NCBI GenBank assembly: GCA_038317345.1
Contig: JBBQBH010000010.1
Span: 339 to 64,338 of the forward strand
Origin: Solirubrobacterales bacterium
Lineage (GTDB): Bacteria; Actinomycetota; Thermoleophilia; Solirubrobacterales; 70-9
DNA length: 64,000 bases
Reading direction: 5' to 3'
A program made the position numbers and the translations under genes. Shown here one piece after another: positions 62,946-64,000 of the stretch. The notes beneath the pieces are model-generated. The model saw only the letters and a list, made by a program, of their open reading frames with translations. It made no database searches and was not told the DNA's origin. Within the stretch, counting starts at the first letter, position 1. The number at the start of each line of letters is the position of its first letter.

Positions 62946-63731
62946 ATGGGCGCCGTTTACGCAGTCGCGAACCAGAAGGGCGGAGTCGGCAAGACGACCA
63001 GCGCGATCAGCCTCGCCGCCGGCTTTGCCGCCACCGGCGCCCAGACCCTGCTCGTCGACCTCGACCCGCAATGCAGCGCGACCCTGGCCTTGGGCGCCGA
63101 TCGCGAAGCCTCGCCTTCGACCTACGACTGTCTTTGCGGCGAGGTCTCGGTCGCCGAAGCTGCGCGCCCGGCTGGGCCGGACAACCTCTGGCTCGCTCCC
63201 GCCAGCCGCCACCTCGCCGGTGCATCGGTGGAGCTACCGCGGATGAAGAAGGCTGAGACGCGCCTGCGACAGCGGCTGGGCCCGCTGCGTGAGCGCTTCG
63301 TCTTTACGGTTCTTGACTGCCCTCCTTCGCTCGGCCCGGTCGCAGTCAACGCGCTGGCCGCGTCGGACCGGGTGCTGGTCCCGGTCCAGGCCGAGTACCT
63401 CGCCCTCGAGGGCCTGGTTCAGTTCCTCGACACCCTGGGCCTGGTGCGCCGCGAGCTCAACCCGTCCCTGGAGCTGTCGGGTCTGATCATCACCATGTAC
63501 GACGAGCGCACCCGCCTCGCGATCGACGTCGAGCGCGAGTTGCGCGATCACTTCGGTGAGTTGGTGTACGAGACCGTGATCCCACGCAGCGTCAAATTGG
63601 CCGAAGCGCCGAGCTACGGCGAGCCGGTCAGCGCCTACGCCCCCGCCTCCCGCGGCGCGCTCGCCTACGCGAAGCTCGCCGAGGAGATCGCCGCCCGCGA
63701 GGCGGTCGAGGCGATCCGGGAGGCGGCGTGA
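62946..63731 (+). CDS. parA: Chromosome partitioning ATPase ParA/Soj
   Basis: Deviant Walker A NQKGGVGKTT, plus VLDCPPSLG and SYGEPV blocks. Confidence 0.93.
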   Translation: MGAVYAVANQKGGVGKTTSAISLAAGFAATGAQTLLVDLDPQCSATLALGADREASPSTYDCLCGEVSVAEAARPAGPDNLWLAPASRHLAGASVELPRMKKAETRLRQRLGPLRERFVFTVLDCPPSLGPVAVNALAASDRVLVPVQAEYLALEGLVQFLDTLGLVRRELNPSLELSGLIITMYDERTRLAIDVERELRDHFGELVYETVIPRSVKLAEAPSYGEPVSAYAPASRGALAYAKLAEEIAAREAVEAIREAA

Positions 63732-64000
63732 GCGAGCGTCGCGGAATCGGTCGCGGCCTCGCCGCGATCCTCCCGGAGCGTGCCGAGGGCGCTGAGGAGC
63801 TGCGCGAGCTGCCGATCGAGCTGGTCAAGCCGAACCCCAGGCAGCCGCGGCGTCGCTTCGACGCCGCGGGCATCGAGGTGCTGGCTGCCTCGATCAAGGC
63901 CAGCGGGATGATCCAGCCGCTGCTCGTCCGCCCCCTCTCCGACGGCAGCTATGAGCTGATCGCCGGCGAGCGGCGCTGGCGAGCCGCCAAGGAGGTCGGG
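63728..64000 (+). CDS. parB: Chromosome partitioning protein ParB/Spo0J, N-terminal part (3' end outside window)
   Basis: The GTG overlaps the parA stop (GTGA). The translation RGIGRGLAAILPE...LPIELVKPNPRQPRRRFD...ELIAGERRWRAAKEVG contains the ParB box GERRxRA. Confidence 0.9.
   Translation, partial: MSERRGIGRGLAAILPERAEGAEELRELPIELVKPNPRQPRRRFDAAGIEVLAASIKASGMIQPLLVRPLSDGSYELIAGERRWRAAKEVG

Overview
High-G+C (roughly 70% by eye, not computed) actinobacterial-type chromosomal segment ending in the replication-origin gene set. From 1 to 18.6 kb there are housekeeping and accessory genes: the lipA 3' end, a rhomboid protease, a low-MW PBP whose signal anchor lies in a different frame, two tRNA-Ala genes, glutamate dehydrogenase, a GGDEF cyclase, sugar and aldehyde dehydrogenases, a Cys-less MGMT (ATL) protein, amt, a LysR/Usp pair and metF. 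From 18.6 to 32.4 kb lies a cell-surface polysaccharide locus (FemAB-like and GNAT acyltransferases, a PglC-like priming transferase, GT2/GT4/GT2, a Wzx flippase, a Wzy/O-antigen-ligase-like protein, a LytR_C protein, a CapD dehydratase), followed by dedA-uppP. Next come purM, a DsbA-like protein, a Ser/Thr kinase, and the conserved division/peptidoglycan operon on the minus strand: polytopic STK, fhaA, fhaB, pstP, rodA, pbpA, pknB, ddl. The right end carries pheA, an HNH protein, an SDR, gyrA-gyrB-DUF721-recF-dnaN-dnaA and the divergent rpmH-rnpA-yidD-yidC-jag-rsmG-parA-parB. I saw no rRNA, CRISPR array, transposase or prophage genes. The most unusual signal is a pair of gapless 165-bp imperfect palindromes (22975-23139 and 43294-43458) with compensatory stem changes. 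One abuts a glycosyltransferase start codon and the other fills the fhaA-fhaB junction exactly; each also reads as a 54-codon ORF. Other oddities include a duplicated ~55-nt intercistronic module at the pstP|rodA and rodA|pbpA junctions, an apparent AUC start for fhaA, an orphan perfect Shine-Dalgarno held in a hairpin, and a long E. coli-type insertion in GyrB. All calls come from reading the sequence and ORF translations, with no database searches.
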